A DNA stretch of 64,000 bases from Eledone cirrhosa (GCA_964016885.1 OZ024740.1:243536001-243600000), one strand, 5' to 3'; shown: positions 51,755-63,901, counted from the first letter of the stretch. Notes: generated by a model from the sequence alone, not told the origin. Program-made: numbers and translations.

Positions 51755-53250
51755 TCATGATCATCACCATCATTTTACGTCCGCTTTTCCCTGCTTGCAA
51801 GGGTGGATCAGGTCCTCTTCAGCACAGCATCTCTCCATTCGTCACAGTCCCTCAACATCTCCTCTGTGAGTTTCAGTGATCTGAGGTCAGCTCTCACCAC
51901 CTCCACCCATGTTTTTTGTGGTCTTCCTCTACTGTATCTTCCTTCCACAGGAATTTCTTGGCACTTCTTTACCCAGCGTTCATCTTCCATGCGCATCACA
52001 TGGCTATACCAAGACAGTCTTCTCTCCTGCACACTACAGTTTATCCCTCTTATATGCAGTTTCACTCTCAACTCATCTAAGCTTGATTGTTCACGCACAT
52101 TGACATTGCACATCCATCAGAGCATGTTTGCTTCATTTCTCTCCAGCTGTCGCCTCTACTGTCTCTTCCTTCCACAGGGATTTCTTGGCACTTCTTTACC
52201 CAGCGCTCATCTTCCATGCGCATCACATGTCCATACCAACACAGTCTTCTCTCCCGTACACTACAGTTTATCCCTCTTATATGCAGTTTCACTCTCAACT
52301 CATCTAAGCTTGGTTGTTCACACACATTGACATTGCACATCCATCAGAGCATGCTTGCTTCATTACTCTCCAGCTGTCGCATATCCTCTGCAGTTGCTGC
52401 CCATGTCTCACTACCATGCAGCATCGCACATCTCACACAGGCATCATATAACCGACCTTTCATTCGTAAGGAGAAACCCTTCTTTGTCAACAGAGGAAGC
52501 TGCTCCCTAAACTTCTTCTATCCAGTCCTTATTCTAGATACTATGGCCTCGGAGCATCCTCCTCCCTTGGTAATCTGATCACCTAGTTATCAGAAGCTAT
52601 CAACTACTTCTATAGATCCTACCAGCATTTGAAAAATGTGTCTATCACTGACACTTCTACTATCAAATTTCCCTGAACATCTACCACATATGAAGTTTCC
52701 CTTCTTGTTAGTTTGCCTGCTATCCCACTACACCTCTTGTGTACCCAAGATCTGCATTTTGTACATTCTATAGAGTTTATGCCAATTCCTTTTCTACATA
52801 TTGAACATGGCCATTTCCCTGATGGAATCAGAATTTTGTCCTCTTTCCTACTTATCAACACCTTAGTCTTAGCTAGGTTCACTCCCAGTCCACTTGATTT
52901 CAACTGCTGTTTCCATAGCTGGAATTTATTCTCTAGCTCCACTACTGATTCTGCTATAAGTACCAGATCGTCAGCGGAGGGAAGTTCCCATGGGTAATCA
53001 GTCTTAAATTCCCCTGTTATGGCTTGGAGAACTATAATGAATAAGTGTTGCCTGAGGACCAATGAACTCCTACTTGTATCAGGAATTCCTCACTAAACTC
53101 CATTCTTACTCTCACTTTACTGACAGCTCCTCTGTACATAGCTTACACTGTCCTCACAAGCCATTCCTCTACATCTAGTTTCTTTAGGGACCACCAGATG
53201 ACAGATTGGGGTACTCTATCAAAGGCCTTCCCTAGGTCAACAAAAGCTAA
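51755..53250 (-). mobile_element. 5'-truncated RTE-B-like copy with an about 220 bp internal duplication
   Basis: ORFs 51808..52113 and 52077..52340 repeat the same C-terminal segment. Confidence 0.9.
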
Positions 53251-53492
53251 ATATATGTTTTAAAATATATTTTAACATGTATCCTGATATGTTTTAACAT
53301 GTAGACTCTCAGACACAAGTCTACATGTTAAAACATATCTGAGAAGCTTCCGATTCCAGAGTCGGGTTTGATCATTAATAGATCGTTCCTCGGGTTGATC
53401 GACAGCGAAACTTATGTAATTATGTATGTATATGATGCAACACTGATTCTTTGTTCCCTTATATATTAATACTATATATTATACTATATATA

Positions 53493-53823
53493 GGCACATG
53501 GCTTAGTGGTTAGAGCATTGGCCTTGCAATCGAAAGATTGTGAGTTCAATTCTCAGACCAGGTGATGTGTTGTTTCCTTGAGCAAGACACTTTATTTCAC
53601 ATTGCTCCAGTTTACTCAGCTGTAGAAATGAGATGATAGGGACTGGGGTCCATATCATTCCACTGTAAAGTGGACGTGTAGATGCCACGGCAAAAAAGCA
53701 CCCAGCACTCACTGTAAATGAGGTTGGTGTTAGGAAGGAAATCAAGCCAGAATCAGTTCCCGTCACACCCTTGCAAGCAGGGAAAAAGCGGACGTAAAAT
53801 GAAATGATGATGATGATGATGAT
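53493..53823 (+). mobile_element. Composite SINE: tRNA/CORE head plus RTE-derived tail
   Basis: tggcttagtggttag...gttcaattc...ttgagcaagacact, then RTE-C-type UTR module and RTE-B-type 3' end with (GAT)n. Confidence 0.6.
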
Positions 53824-53834
53824 ATATATATATA

Positions 53835-56427
53835 TTATTCAAAATATTAACAAATGAAAAATATTCTCATAATCAAAATATATAGATCCTACCTGCATTT
53901 GATAGGTACTGTGTTGTTTTTTTCAGTACGTCCTCATCAGACAAAATATATGATTTGATATATGACATACTGCTTGATTATTCAATTCCAGTATTGGCAG
54001 TGATTTATTTCATCAAATCTCAATGTTTATATACCACAAATAATATGATAAACTTAAAGAAGAAAAGGACGTAGAGCAAATTAGAGATATGAGAGAGGGT
54101 GTAGAGAAGAGGAAAGGCAAGAAAAAAAATACACACATAAATAGATAAATGAATAAAAAATAAAAAATAAAAGGATGAATGAGTAAAAGAAATATATAAA
54201 AAAGAAAAGAGGAATAACGACAAAAGAGGGAAGGTGTGGGGAAAGTAAAGAGAACAGAGGGGGGTAAAGAAAACAGAAAAATAAGGGAACATCAAATAGA
54301 TGGGGATAGAGAAAAAAACCGTTGTTTTCAAATGCTAGATCAAATAGGACATCCAATCACTTCACATAATCAATTGGATATCTTTTGTATTTGATTATGC
54401 TTTAGCTAATTATATTTATATATTATATCAAAATTAATCAGTATAGATTACTTTCTATAGCAATCACATATATAGTTTAAATAAAAATTTATATAGTTTA
54501 ATTTAACTCATTATAGATTATTATTTTTAATTTTAAGGTAAGATATTCTATAAATATTTTGTTACAACTTTAAAAGAAATTAATCTTTAAAGCGTATTAA
54601 AATAATTATTAAATATGTATTAAAATCTAATACCATGCATATATCACCATCAATACATATAATATATTTAGATCATTTATTACCCAAATTATTTTATTTA
54701 ATTAGGATATTCTCTTTATAAATTTTTTACTATTCTTTAATTTTCATTTAATTCCTAGGATTAAACTGCAGTTACATTTACTCTCAAAAGTTTTATTTCA
54801 TTAATTTAATGAAAGGTTATATTTACTTCTGTATTTTCTTATTTTTATATATAGTTTCATTTTAATGATAGTCTATATATTATTAATCTACATATTTCAT
54901 ATCTAATATAATTTAGCAAGCTAGTCAAAAAGAAAAGAATTTTTACGGACAATGTAAACAAAAAGAAGATAACTCATTCACCATATACATACATTTATAA
55001 CATTTCTCTACTCCCGCGTTCCGCGATATTTCGAAAACCATAAATCATCTATTGTCTAGTTAAATATTGAACTGTCCTAATCAAAACATAGGATAACGAG
55101 ACTCTTAATGAAATGATTCTAATACATATAAATATCAATAAATTATTACCACAATAAGGCAAAAACTTATATATATATTAAATTATTAATTGTTAATATT
55201 TTTTCGAAACTTGTACATTGCCTGGAAATTTTTACCTATTTTATGGTGACAACTACTAAATAATTCATTTTTTTGTTGTTGTTGATTAAATTGTCATAAT
55301 TTGTAATTATCTGTAGAGTCTCAAGGTTACAAAGATTGCAATTTTGCGAAATAGTTGAGTTCAGATAGGGGGTAGCATTCTTTAATTTTGTCCAACAGAT
55401 GGAATATTTAATATTATTGTCCTTTAAAGACCATATTAATTGTGAAAGTGAAGTTGAAAATTTCTTAGTTGGTTTACTGAAAGAGTGTCTATGATTATAC
55501 CAACGTTCCTTAAATTTAGATGAAGTGGCACCAATGTAGTTATATATATTATTATTTGTCTTAATGGTACATTTATATACTAGATTCTTGTCAAGGCAAT
55601 TATTTTGTAAAGGACATTCGGACTTCTTTCTACAATTACATTTCTTCTCAATGTTATTTACAGACCTTAAACTATTCCCATTATTATTTAAAGGTGTTCC
55701 ACTATTATTCATGTTTAAACTATTATTATTGTTATTCCCATTAACTAATGTATTGTTATTATTATTGATATTATGAGTTCAAATCCCACCGAGGTTGACT
55801 TTGCCTTTCATCCTTACGGGGTCGATAAAATAAAGTACCAGTAATGCACTGGGTAATTTGCTGGCCTTGTGCCTAAAATAGAAACAATTATTATTGATAT
55901 TATTGCTAATTATAGGTTGGTTCAAATTAAGATTTTTACTATTTATTTTTTTATATATTTCTTTTACTCATTCATCCTTTTATTTTTTTATTTTTTATTC
56001 ATTTATCTATTTATGTATGTATTTATTTATGTTTTTCTTGCCTTTCCTCTTCTCTACACCCTCTCTCATATCTCTAATTTGCTCTACGTCCTTTTCTTCT
56101 TTAAGTTTATCATATTATTTGTGGTATATAAACATTGAGATTTGATGAAATAAATCACTGCCAATACTGGAATTGAATAATCAAGATCGTAGCGGTATGT
56201 CATATATCAAATCATATATTTTGTCTGATGAGGACGTACTGAAAAAAACAACACAGTACCTTTGAAATATATAAAATAAAGTATATATTTTGATTATGAG
56301 AATATTTTTCATTTGTTAATATTTTGAATAATATTAAAAATGCCAGGAAAACCTATCAGTTGAGTGCTTCTAATCTATTGTAAAATTGTATTCATTGAGT
56401 AATCAACGAACTATACTAATCTTTGGT

Positions 56428-56430
<3 letters not shown>
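53835..56430 (-). mobile_element. 5'-truncated Penelope-like element (Naiad-like) with inverted pseudo-LTR
   Basis: GIY-YIG ORF inside; 53835-54203 is inverted at about 55948-56333; Meta SINE inserted at 55773-55893. Confidence 0.8.
55190..55712 (-). pseudogene. PLE GIY-YIG endonuclease domain
   Basis: CNCRKKSECPLQNNCL-x-NLVYKC...YIGAT...FKERWYNH...CNLCNLE; after a frameshift in an A-run it continues NELFSSCHH. Confidence 0.85.
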
Positions 56431-56459
<29 letters not shown>

Positions 56460-57312
56460 AATGATCTTTTCACACACTTTATATAAGAACTTACCCCAGT
56501 CATTTATTCCCTTCATTGTATCTGTATATTTTTGTAGTTTATTTCTATTTTCTTCTTTTCCTTTCCTTTTTCTTTATCTTTTTCTTTTTTCGTTTTCCTT
56601 TTATTTCTCTCTCTATTTTTTTCTCTATATTTCTTCTCTCTCTATATTTTTCTCTATATATATTTATGAAAAATTTGGGACCCCAATGGCTGAGCCCCTG
56701 CTGTTTTAACAGCTAGATCCGCTTCCATTCTGATATATATACATATTTCTCTATTTCTTCTTTTTCTATATTTCCTTCGCTCTATACTTGTTCTTTTCTC
56801 TGTATTTTATATATTTTATTGTTTTTATTGTTTTATTTTATATGTTTTAATATATATTTCTTATATATGTATATGGTATCAATAATAATATTTATATATA
56901 TATGTATATAAGTAAGTATATGGATAATTTTATAGGGGTATGTTTATATTTCTGTCATATTCTTTATATATATCCTATATAAGTCATATATGTGTGGGTG
57001 TATACATATATACTTATATAAGAAAAGTTCCAAATATTTCTATGGATAAATTTGGAAAGTTGAAAATCTACCTTCTAAAACATATATATGGGACCATTAT
57101 AGTCATTTCTAATGTTTTGTATTTGTTCTGATTTATCTATAGACACATTAATATAACTCTAACTAAATATATACTAAATCATATCAAACATTAGTTTTTT
57201 TGTAAATATTCCTTAAAATAATAAGTGTGAAACAATATATGAACATTTATGAAAATACTTGATAAACACTGTAAAGATATTTAGATAAGGAACCTTAAAT
57301 AAACTGATATAT

Positions 57313-58045
57313 ATCATCATCATCATCATCGTTTAACGTCCATCTTCCACGCTAGCATGGGTTTAGACGGGAATTGTCCCACTTGAGGCAAGATTGGTCG
57401 TCTCGCTTGTATGGGACTGTCTGGCAAGTTTTCTACAGCTGGATGCCCTTCCTAACACCAACCACGTTTTCAGTGTGGACTGGGAGGTTTTTACCGTGTT
57501 ACCTACACGGCCACATTACAGCGTGGACTGTGTGTTTTTTTGTTGCGACACCTACACGACCTCATTTATGTAGGACGGGATGTTGTGGTACCAACATAAC
57601 TTTACAGAGAAAGGGGTGGTATTGACGGGGGTGGGGAGTTGGGGTAGAGGGAGGAGGTGTATATTTGATTAAGAGGTGCCTACTGACTGTAGGTTTCGCT
57701 TTGTACTTAGGCAAGGCGGGTTTTCTGTATTACTGCATGGCGCCAAAGATCTCGGTCCAGTGACATTGTTTTAGAGAGGTGTAAGGTCGGAATTTATCAA
57801 ATCGTCCCAGGTTTTTCTGGGTCTGCCTACTCCGTCAATTTTGATCACCCTGCACTTTTTTATACAGCTGTCGTCTTTCATGCGCATCACGTGGCCATAC
57901 CAACATAGTCTTCTCTCGAGTAAACAGCATCTGATCCCTCTTATTCCTAATTTCTCACTTAGTTCATTTATGCTTTGCTGTTCACGTATATTACTATTAC
58001 ACATCCTACGGAGCATGCATGCTTCATTCCTCTCCAGTTTGTGCA
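57313..58045 (-). mobile_element. 5'-truncated RTE-A-like copy
   Basis: ORF 57771..58046; (CAT)n tail. Confidence 0.9.
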
Positions 58046-58118
58046 TATATATATATATATATATAGTGAAAGAGTTAAGAATAACATGGTCAGCTGTACA
58101 AAAAGGGTTTTATTTACA

Positions 58119-58225
58119 GTATTAACAATTGTTTCATTGAGCAGGTGAGTCTAAAGGCCGCTGATCACTCAAAATTGTGTCACTCCGCCTTAAATACAGT
58201 GTGTGTCCCTGATCAAATCATCGGA

Positions 58226-58229
<4 letters not shown>
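58119..58229 (-). ncRNA. Hammerhead-like motif with long stem II and one core mutation
   Basis: gtatt CCGATGA tttga..(long insert)..tcaat GAAA caattg TT aatac. Confidence 0.5.
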
Positions 58230-58269
<40 letters not shown>

Positions 58270-58772
58270 ATATATATTATCATGACCATTCATTTTCCAC
58301 ACTCATTCACTCTCAAAGTCACACATGTATATATACATATATATATGTGGTGAGGTGTACATTCAGACAATAATTTACACTCTCACCTCAAGTATTGAAA
58401 GGTCATTCACTTATTGTTTGAACATTTTAATGCTATACATTTTTTATGCTATACATTCTATAACATTCATTTTTCACACTCATTCACTCTCAAAGTCACA
58501 CATGTATGTGTGCATATATATATATATGTGGTGAGGTGTACATTTAGACATAATAATTTACACTCTTACCTCAAATATTGAGAGGTCATTCACTTATTGT
58601 TGGAACATTTTAAATGCTATACATTTTTTTATATACCACCAGCACTAGAGAGGTTGTCTTGCAGGACTGTATTCCCTCTATACTATATCACTTTCCATTC
58701 AGATTTGCTGTTTTCCTAGCCTTTTATCTTTCCAATAAGTACCAGTAAAGTACTAGTGTCGGTATAATCAAC

Positions 58773-60769
58773 TGTAACGGTTGTCTCCCTTGTTTGGATT
58801 AACATCTAGACGGCAAGTAGAACCCTTTCTGTAACTTCCGGTCAGAACCCTATAAAACTAACAACTTTAAGTTCTCACTCTCTCATTTGGCTCTACCTCT
58901 CATTTGGCCTTCCGGCGCCTGGCTGGCCTTAGCCAGGCGTCCTCTGCCAGCCGCGTTTGCCTGGCAATCAAAACGGTAACGACTAACTTTGTTTCATTCT
59001 ATCATCTATTTCTTTGACATGTCAACTATACTATCTACCATTGTTAATTAAATATTATACACACAAACCATGTCTCATTTTGTTACATTCATGCAACCCA
59101 GTACTCTCGCTATATTGGTAACCCTGATGTGATACGAACACGCAGCCGTTCATCGCTATAAGTGGTCACCCCAAAAAAAGAAAAAAATAGCAGATTCTGG
59201 GGTTGTGTGAGTAACATTACGAATACACAGCAAATTTATCGACAAACTATGAAAATACTCAAACGCACACACGCACATGTGGAATTCGCGTTCAGACAGA
59301 CTTTTTCTCTCACGCATCAACTAACTGTCGCATTTCACGATATATATATATATATATGTTTCTTGTTTCTTACAACGAACTCTTTCAAAACAAAAAAAAA
59401 GAAATTTGATATTTTTTAAAAAACATTTCAACGGGAACATTTATTTTCGATGAACCATTGCCTTTTTTTTTTTTCATCGTTTTCTTCATCGTTCAAGTTT
59501 TTTTTTTCCAAAGTTCACACCAATAATTATGCTGAGTGAAGCATTTCTTTTTCATCATTGTCACTTTCACACTTGCACTATCATTTTCTCGCGCGTTAGA
59601 AATACTATTTTTTCAACCTTCCTTATCCTTGTATTGGCGCGTGTAGGCAGCACAAATTCTCGACTCACGGAGATAGCCGCACGCCAGAGATAACGTTTCT
59701 CGCCAAGGATTCTTCAGCCTTAAGCTATATTCTCCTATTTGCCGGTTTAAAATTTACCACGTAAATTTGCCGTTGAAAACTGCGCATTTATTCAGAATGC
59801 TTATTTCTTTGGTCGCTGCCTCTTGACCCTTCCGGGTCAACGCATTCTCAACATCGACCATCAACTTCGGCTGCTATTTCTAGCACTTTGCGCAACCCAT
59901 TTTTTCTGAAAAAATTTTTTTTTACTGTGAATTTAAACACCGAATACGCTCACTCAGCGAGACAGCAGCAACAGCAACAGCAATACAGCAGCAACAGCAA
60001 CAGCAATACATCAACACAGCTTCACCAACAACCAAAGCCAGAGAATTTATTTTTGCAGCACTCTCCCTGTGAGAAAATCCATTCGGAGGTTGGAAATTTC
60101 ACGATATACCACAGAACAGAAACCACCTGCATTCATTCTCTGGAACACACTTTCTTTCCTGCTGTCATGTGATTGCACACCTGTGAACTATATTTTGTAC
60201 ATTTGAACTTTGAGCCCTTCTCTTACTTTATTACATTGTATCTTTGGGTGATGGATAGATAGATGTCCAGTCGTTCTCTGGCCAAGAGCGGTTGGCTACC
60301 TTGATATCTATCATTGATTTTTGCAAACATTCTTTTGTCGTAATTTTCATGCCTGTTACAACATTCTCGCCAACTTGCTACATATTTTCATTTCGATTTT
60401 TATATCCTAAAATTCTGGCGGGAGGTTATGTAGCGGTTGTCTCCCTTGTTTGGATTAACATCTAGACGGCAAGTAGAACCCTTTCTGTAACTTCCGGTCA
60501 GAACCCTATAAAACTAACAACTTTAAGTTCTCACTCTCTCATTTGGCTCTGCCTCTCATTTGGCCTTCCGGCGCCTGGCTGGCCTTAGCCAGGCGTCCTC
60601 TGCCAGTCGCGTTTGCCTGGCAATCAAAACGGTAACGACTAACTTTGTTTCATTCTATCATCTATTTCTTTGACATGTCAACTATACTATCTACCATTGT
60701 TAATTAAATATTATACACACAAACAATGTATTCCTTGTTACATTCATACAACCCAGTACTTTCGCTACA
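58773..60769 (+). mobile_element. Non-autonomous LTR retrotransposon (Gypsy-like by its 4 bp TSD)
   Basis: LTRs 58773-59114 and 60429-60769 (TG...CA, about 340 bp, highly similar); TSD CAAC; PBS at 59116; purine tract tggcgggaggtta before the 3' LTR; no gag/pol recognised. Confidence 0.92.
59116..59147 (+). other. tRNA-Trp primer-binding site, extended
   Basis: tggtaaccctgatgtgatacgaacacgcagcc resembles the complement of the eukaryotic tRNA-Trp 3' end (TGGTGACCCCGACGTGAT..GAACACGCAACC, recalled). Confidence 0.75.
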
Positions 60770-61626
60770 CAACTTTCCCTTCTTCACAAAATGTTGGCAT
60801 TGTACCTAAATTAGAAATCATTTTTAGATTTGTCCCCTAAATCTGGATTATTTTTAAAAGTTTGAGTTTTGTTTACATTCACTGTGATTTGCAGAATCCA
60901 CATCTCCTCCCCCCCTTTCCTTGTAGCCAGAGTTACTGTGCATCTATATAGATTACTTTCACAGTGGATGGGAAAATCTACAGCAATGTAAATTGTTTTT
61001 CAGAGTTATTACTACCCTGGACAGGTTACCTTCACTGTGGCTTAAACAGTCCATGCTTCCCCTCTGCAGAATTGCTCTCCATGATGTCTAATTGTGATTT
61101 CAACCTCCTAGCTGGGTTACCTTCAGGGAGAGTGCTTACAGTAGACTGGTGGGTTTCTTTTTAATTGTGAGTTCATTGATATCTACATACATATATACAT
61201 ATATACATGTCCCACCCTTGCAAGCAGGGAAAAGCGGACATAAAATGATGATGATGATGATGATGACATGTATACATTCACAAATACTTACATACACACA
61301 CATATTTTCACTACAATGAGGTATTGATCAGAAATTGCCATGATTTGTTTGAAAAGGATACACTTCCGGCTTCGATATAGTTAGAAAAATGATCTGAATG
61401 CCTGGACAGTATATATATTTAGATTAGCTAACATGTGCAAATAGAAATATGTACTCACAAAAATGTATGAATACGTATACATGAGCATGTGTGTGTGTCT
61501 TACTGGGTAGAGGGAAACTACCTTGGGAGAGCATTCTGCATTATGTGTGTGTGTGTGTATCATGATCATCATTATCATGATCATTTAATGTCTTTTTAAA
61601 TGATAGTGATGATGATGATATATATA

Positions 61627-61727
61627 CAGGGTGTCCCAAAATAATGTATACACATTTCAACAGCATTCTAATGAATATTACCTGTACAACTAATCAAAGT
61701 GTATATACATTTTTGGGGGACACCCTG
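61627..61727. mobile_element. About 100 bp Tc1/mariner MITE
   Basis: TA|cagggtgtcccaaaataatgtatacac ... gtgtatatacatttttgggggacaccctg. Confidence 0.75.
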
Positions 61728-61769
61728 TGTGTATATATATATATTTATATATATATATATATATATACT

Positions 61770-62643
61770 TCATTTTTGTATTTCTTTTGCAAGATTTCTT
61801 ATCTGAAAACCTGTGTTGAAACAGATATTGTTATACTTTGGGAGGATCATGCTGCCAATAAAAACACACGCACCCGTTTATTTTCACTTCAATTTATTAC
61901 AAGTATCAAGTTGGTTGGTTTAATAACCGGATAGTTGTTTATTTATTGTCAAAGCTCTATCGTCACACATTCTGTAACCTCCTCAGTGACTAATTTGTTA
62001 TTTTGTGTTGCTCCTTTGTGTCCTACACCATCTTGTTTTTGTGTGCTGTGTACTTGGTTTACACATGTGTGTGTTTTTATTTATTTATTTGTATGTTTAT
62101 TTACTTGTCACTAGTTATGTTTTCTGTTTAATTCTGGTTGGAGTTCATTTATGTTTGTCACATCTGTAATCTGTCGGAGCTTTGTGTCTGTTCTGTGTAT
62201 GGATATCATTTTTATCTCGAGGTTATCTAGTGTGCCCCCATGTTCCATTCTGGCATGTTGGTGGAGTACTGATGAGTTTTTCTCATCTTAGAGTTCACAC
62301 TAGTGTTCTTTTATCCTTTCTCCTATGCTATGAGCCGTCTCACCTGTATATAGTATTCCTATTCCTACACTGTCCCTCCATACATCTTATGCTATATACT
62401 ACGTTTCTAGCAATAAATACCTGAATGTAATATCCATCAATGCAAACCCCAGAGGCAAACTAGCTTACAGATTTAGAAGGGCTCTAGATAAACTAGAATT
62501 AAATATTAAGATAGTTGAAAGATCAGATATTCCCATAAAAGCCTTAATTAGTAGAACATATCCTTTTGATAAAAAGCCCTGCACTGATATGAAATGTATA
62601 GTCTGCAAATTAAGCCCACAAATTAACTGCAAAACTAGGAACG
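61770..62643 (-). mobile_element. Penelope-like element fragment with GIY-YIG, hammerhead remnant and inverted 5' segment
   Basis: Minus: RNVVYSIRC...YTGETAHSIGERIKEH...KLRQIT...PELNRK. Plus 62411-62643: IKIVERS...YPFDKKPCTDMKCIVC...NCKTRN. Confidence 0.8.
61948..61990 (-). ncRNA. Degenerate hammerhead in a PLE pseudo-LTR
   Basis: gtca CTGAGGA g-gttaca-gaatg-tgtgac GATA gagc TT tgac (GAAA changed to GATA). Confidence 0.55.
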
Positions 62644-62673
62644 CTGCAAAGCATTTTGTCCAACACTACTGAT

Positions 62674-62712
62674 ACTGCTTCTTGGCCTTTTGGCTAAGAT
62701 CAAAATGTAGTA
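62674..62712 (+). pseudogene. U2: 5' fragment (about 39 nt) of U2 snRNA
   Basis: actgcttcttggccttttggctaagatcaaaatgtagta versus U2 AUCGCUUCUCGGCCUUUUGGCUAAGAUCAAGUGUAGUA. Confidence 0.85.
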
Positions 62713-63693
62713 CCCTCATAATAATAATTATTTCTACGTTTTGCACAAGGCCAGCAATTACCCAGTGCATTACTGGTACTTTATTTTATTGATCCCGTAA
62801 GGATGAAAGGCAAAGTTAACCTCGGCGGGATTTGAACTCATATATAATAATGATTTCTAATTAAATCACAAGGTCAGCAATTTGGGGAAAAGGGAAAGTC
62901 GATTGAATCAACCCCAGAAGGATGAAAAGGGAAATTTGACCTCAGTGAGATTTAATGTTAGAACTTAAAAAGTTAGAATAAATACTGCAAGACATTTTGT
63001 CTGATATTTAAATGGTTCTGCCAATCCAGTCATAATAGTTATAATAATTTCTGGGATAAGCCATTTTCAGGGATGCTTTTGTCAATTAAATCAACCTCTG
63101 TAATTGACTGCTACTTTATTTTATCACCCCACAATGATTAATAGTCAAGCAGGCCTCAACAGGATCTGAACTGAGAGCATAAAGAACAAGACCATATCTG
63201 CAAGGAATTTTATCTGATGCTTTAACAATTCTGTTGATGAGTATAATACAATGGGCAGGATACAACAGAGGCAGGAATCACAACATAAAAACAGTAATAG
63301 AAAAACAATAGTAAAGACAAGAGATAACAAAATAGCAAATAAGTGCAATTAATTTCACAACCACATGGCTTCAGATTCAGTCCCACTGTGTGGCATCCTG
63401 GGCTAGTGTCTTCTATTAAAGCCTGTCTTATGTGTGTGTGTGTGTGTATGTGTGTGTTTATGTTGACACTACTTAACAACAAGATAAGAACCAGACTTAC
63501 AAATATGTACTAAACAAATCCTTCAAGATGGAGCCCCAATGACTGAAACCAGAAAATGAATAAAAGAAAAAAGGATAACAAAAAAATGTTTCCTTTCTCC
63601 CCCAATAGGAGGTGAACATCTACCTAGGACCAATCAAGTTAGTGACTGAAATATTTTTTCTAGTTTCAGGTATATCACATCAACAAAACCAGC

Positions 63694-63901
63694 ATGTTTG
63701 GAGCAAAACCCTTCTATGGCAATGAGGAAAACAAATGGGGATGGCTGCTGGTAATGGCAGCATTCTTCAACCAAATGATTGCTGTTGGTGGGGGTTTCTC
63801 TCTTGGTATTTACCATCTAGAATTTAGGAAGTACTTCAAAGGAACTTCAGCTGAAGTCTCACTAGTCAGTTCCATTTGTATTGGAAGTCTTATGGGTGCT
63901 G
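63694..63901 (+). CDS. N-terminal coding exon of a monocarboxylate transporter (SLC16/MCT family, MFS)
   Basis: MFGAKPFYGNEENKWGWLLVMAAFFNQMIAVGGGFSLGIYHLEFRKYFKGTSAEVSLVSSICIGSLMGA-G: WGW motif plus TM1 and TM2; acceptor tttcag before 63670; phase-1 donor G|gtaagt at 63901. Confidence 0.85.

Larger units (their letters stand above)
58275..61625. repeat. Right arm of the inverted segmental duplication, including a local about 180 bp tandem duplication at 58285-58630
   Basis: Reverse complement of 45235-47880 apart from insertions. Confidence 0.9.

Noticed and set aside
54950-55190. Possible SECIS element downstream of the Naiad-like ORF
   Set aside because: No convincing AUGA/GA quartet stem seen and no in-frame UGA at the Cys positions
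56670-57300. GTPMA and FMKILDKHC peptides suggestive of decayed PLE RT/thumb on the plus strand
   Set aside because: Too degenerate and AT-rich to support without a profile search
63650-63690. ctagtttc...acatcaa resembling an antisense hammerhead
   Set aside because: Core is incomplete and the sequence is the splice acceptor and start of the SLC16 exon
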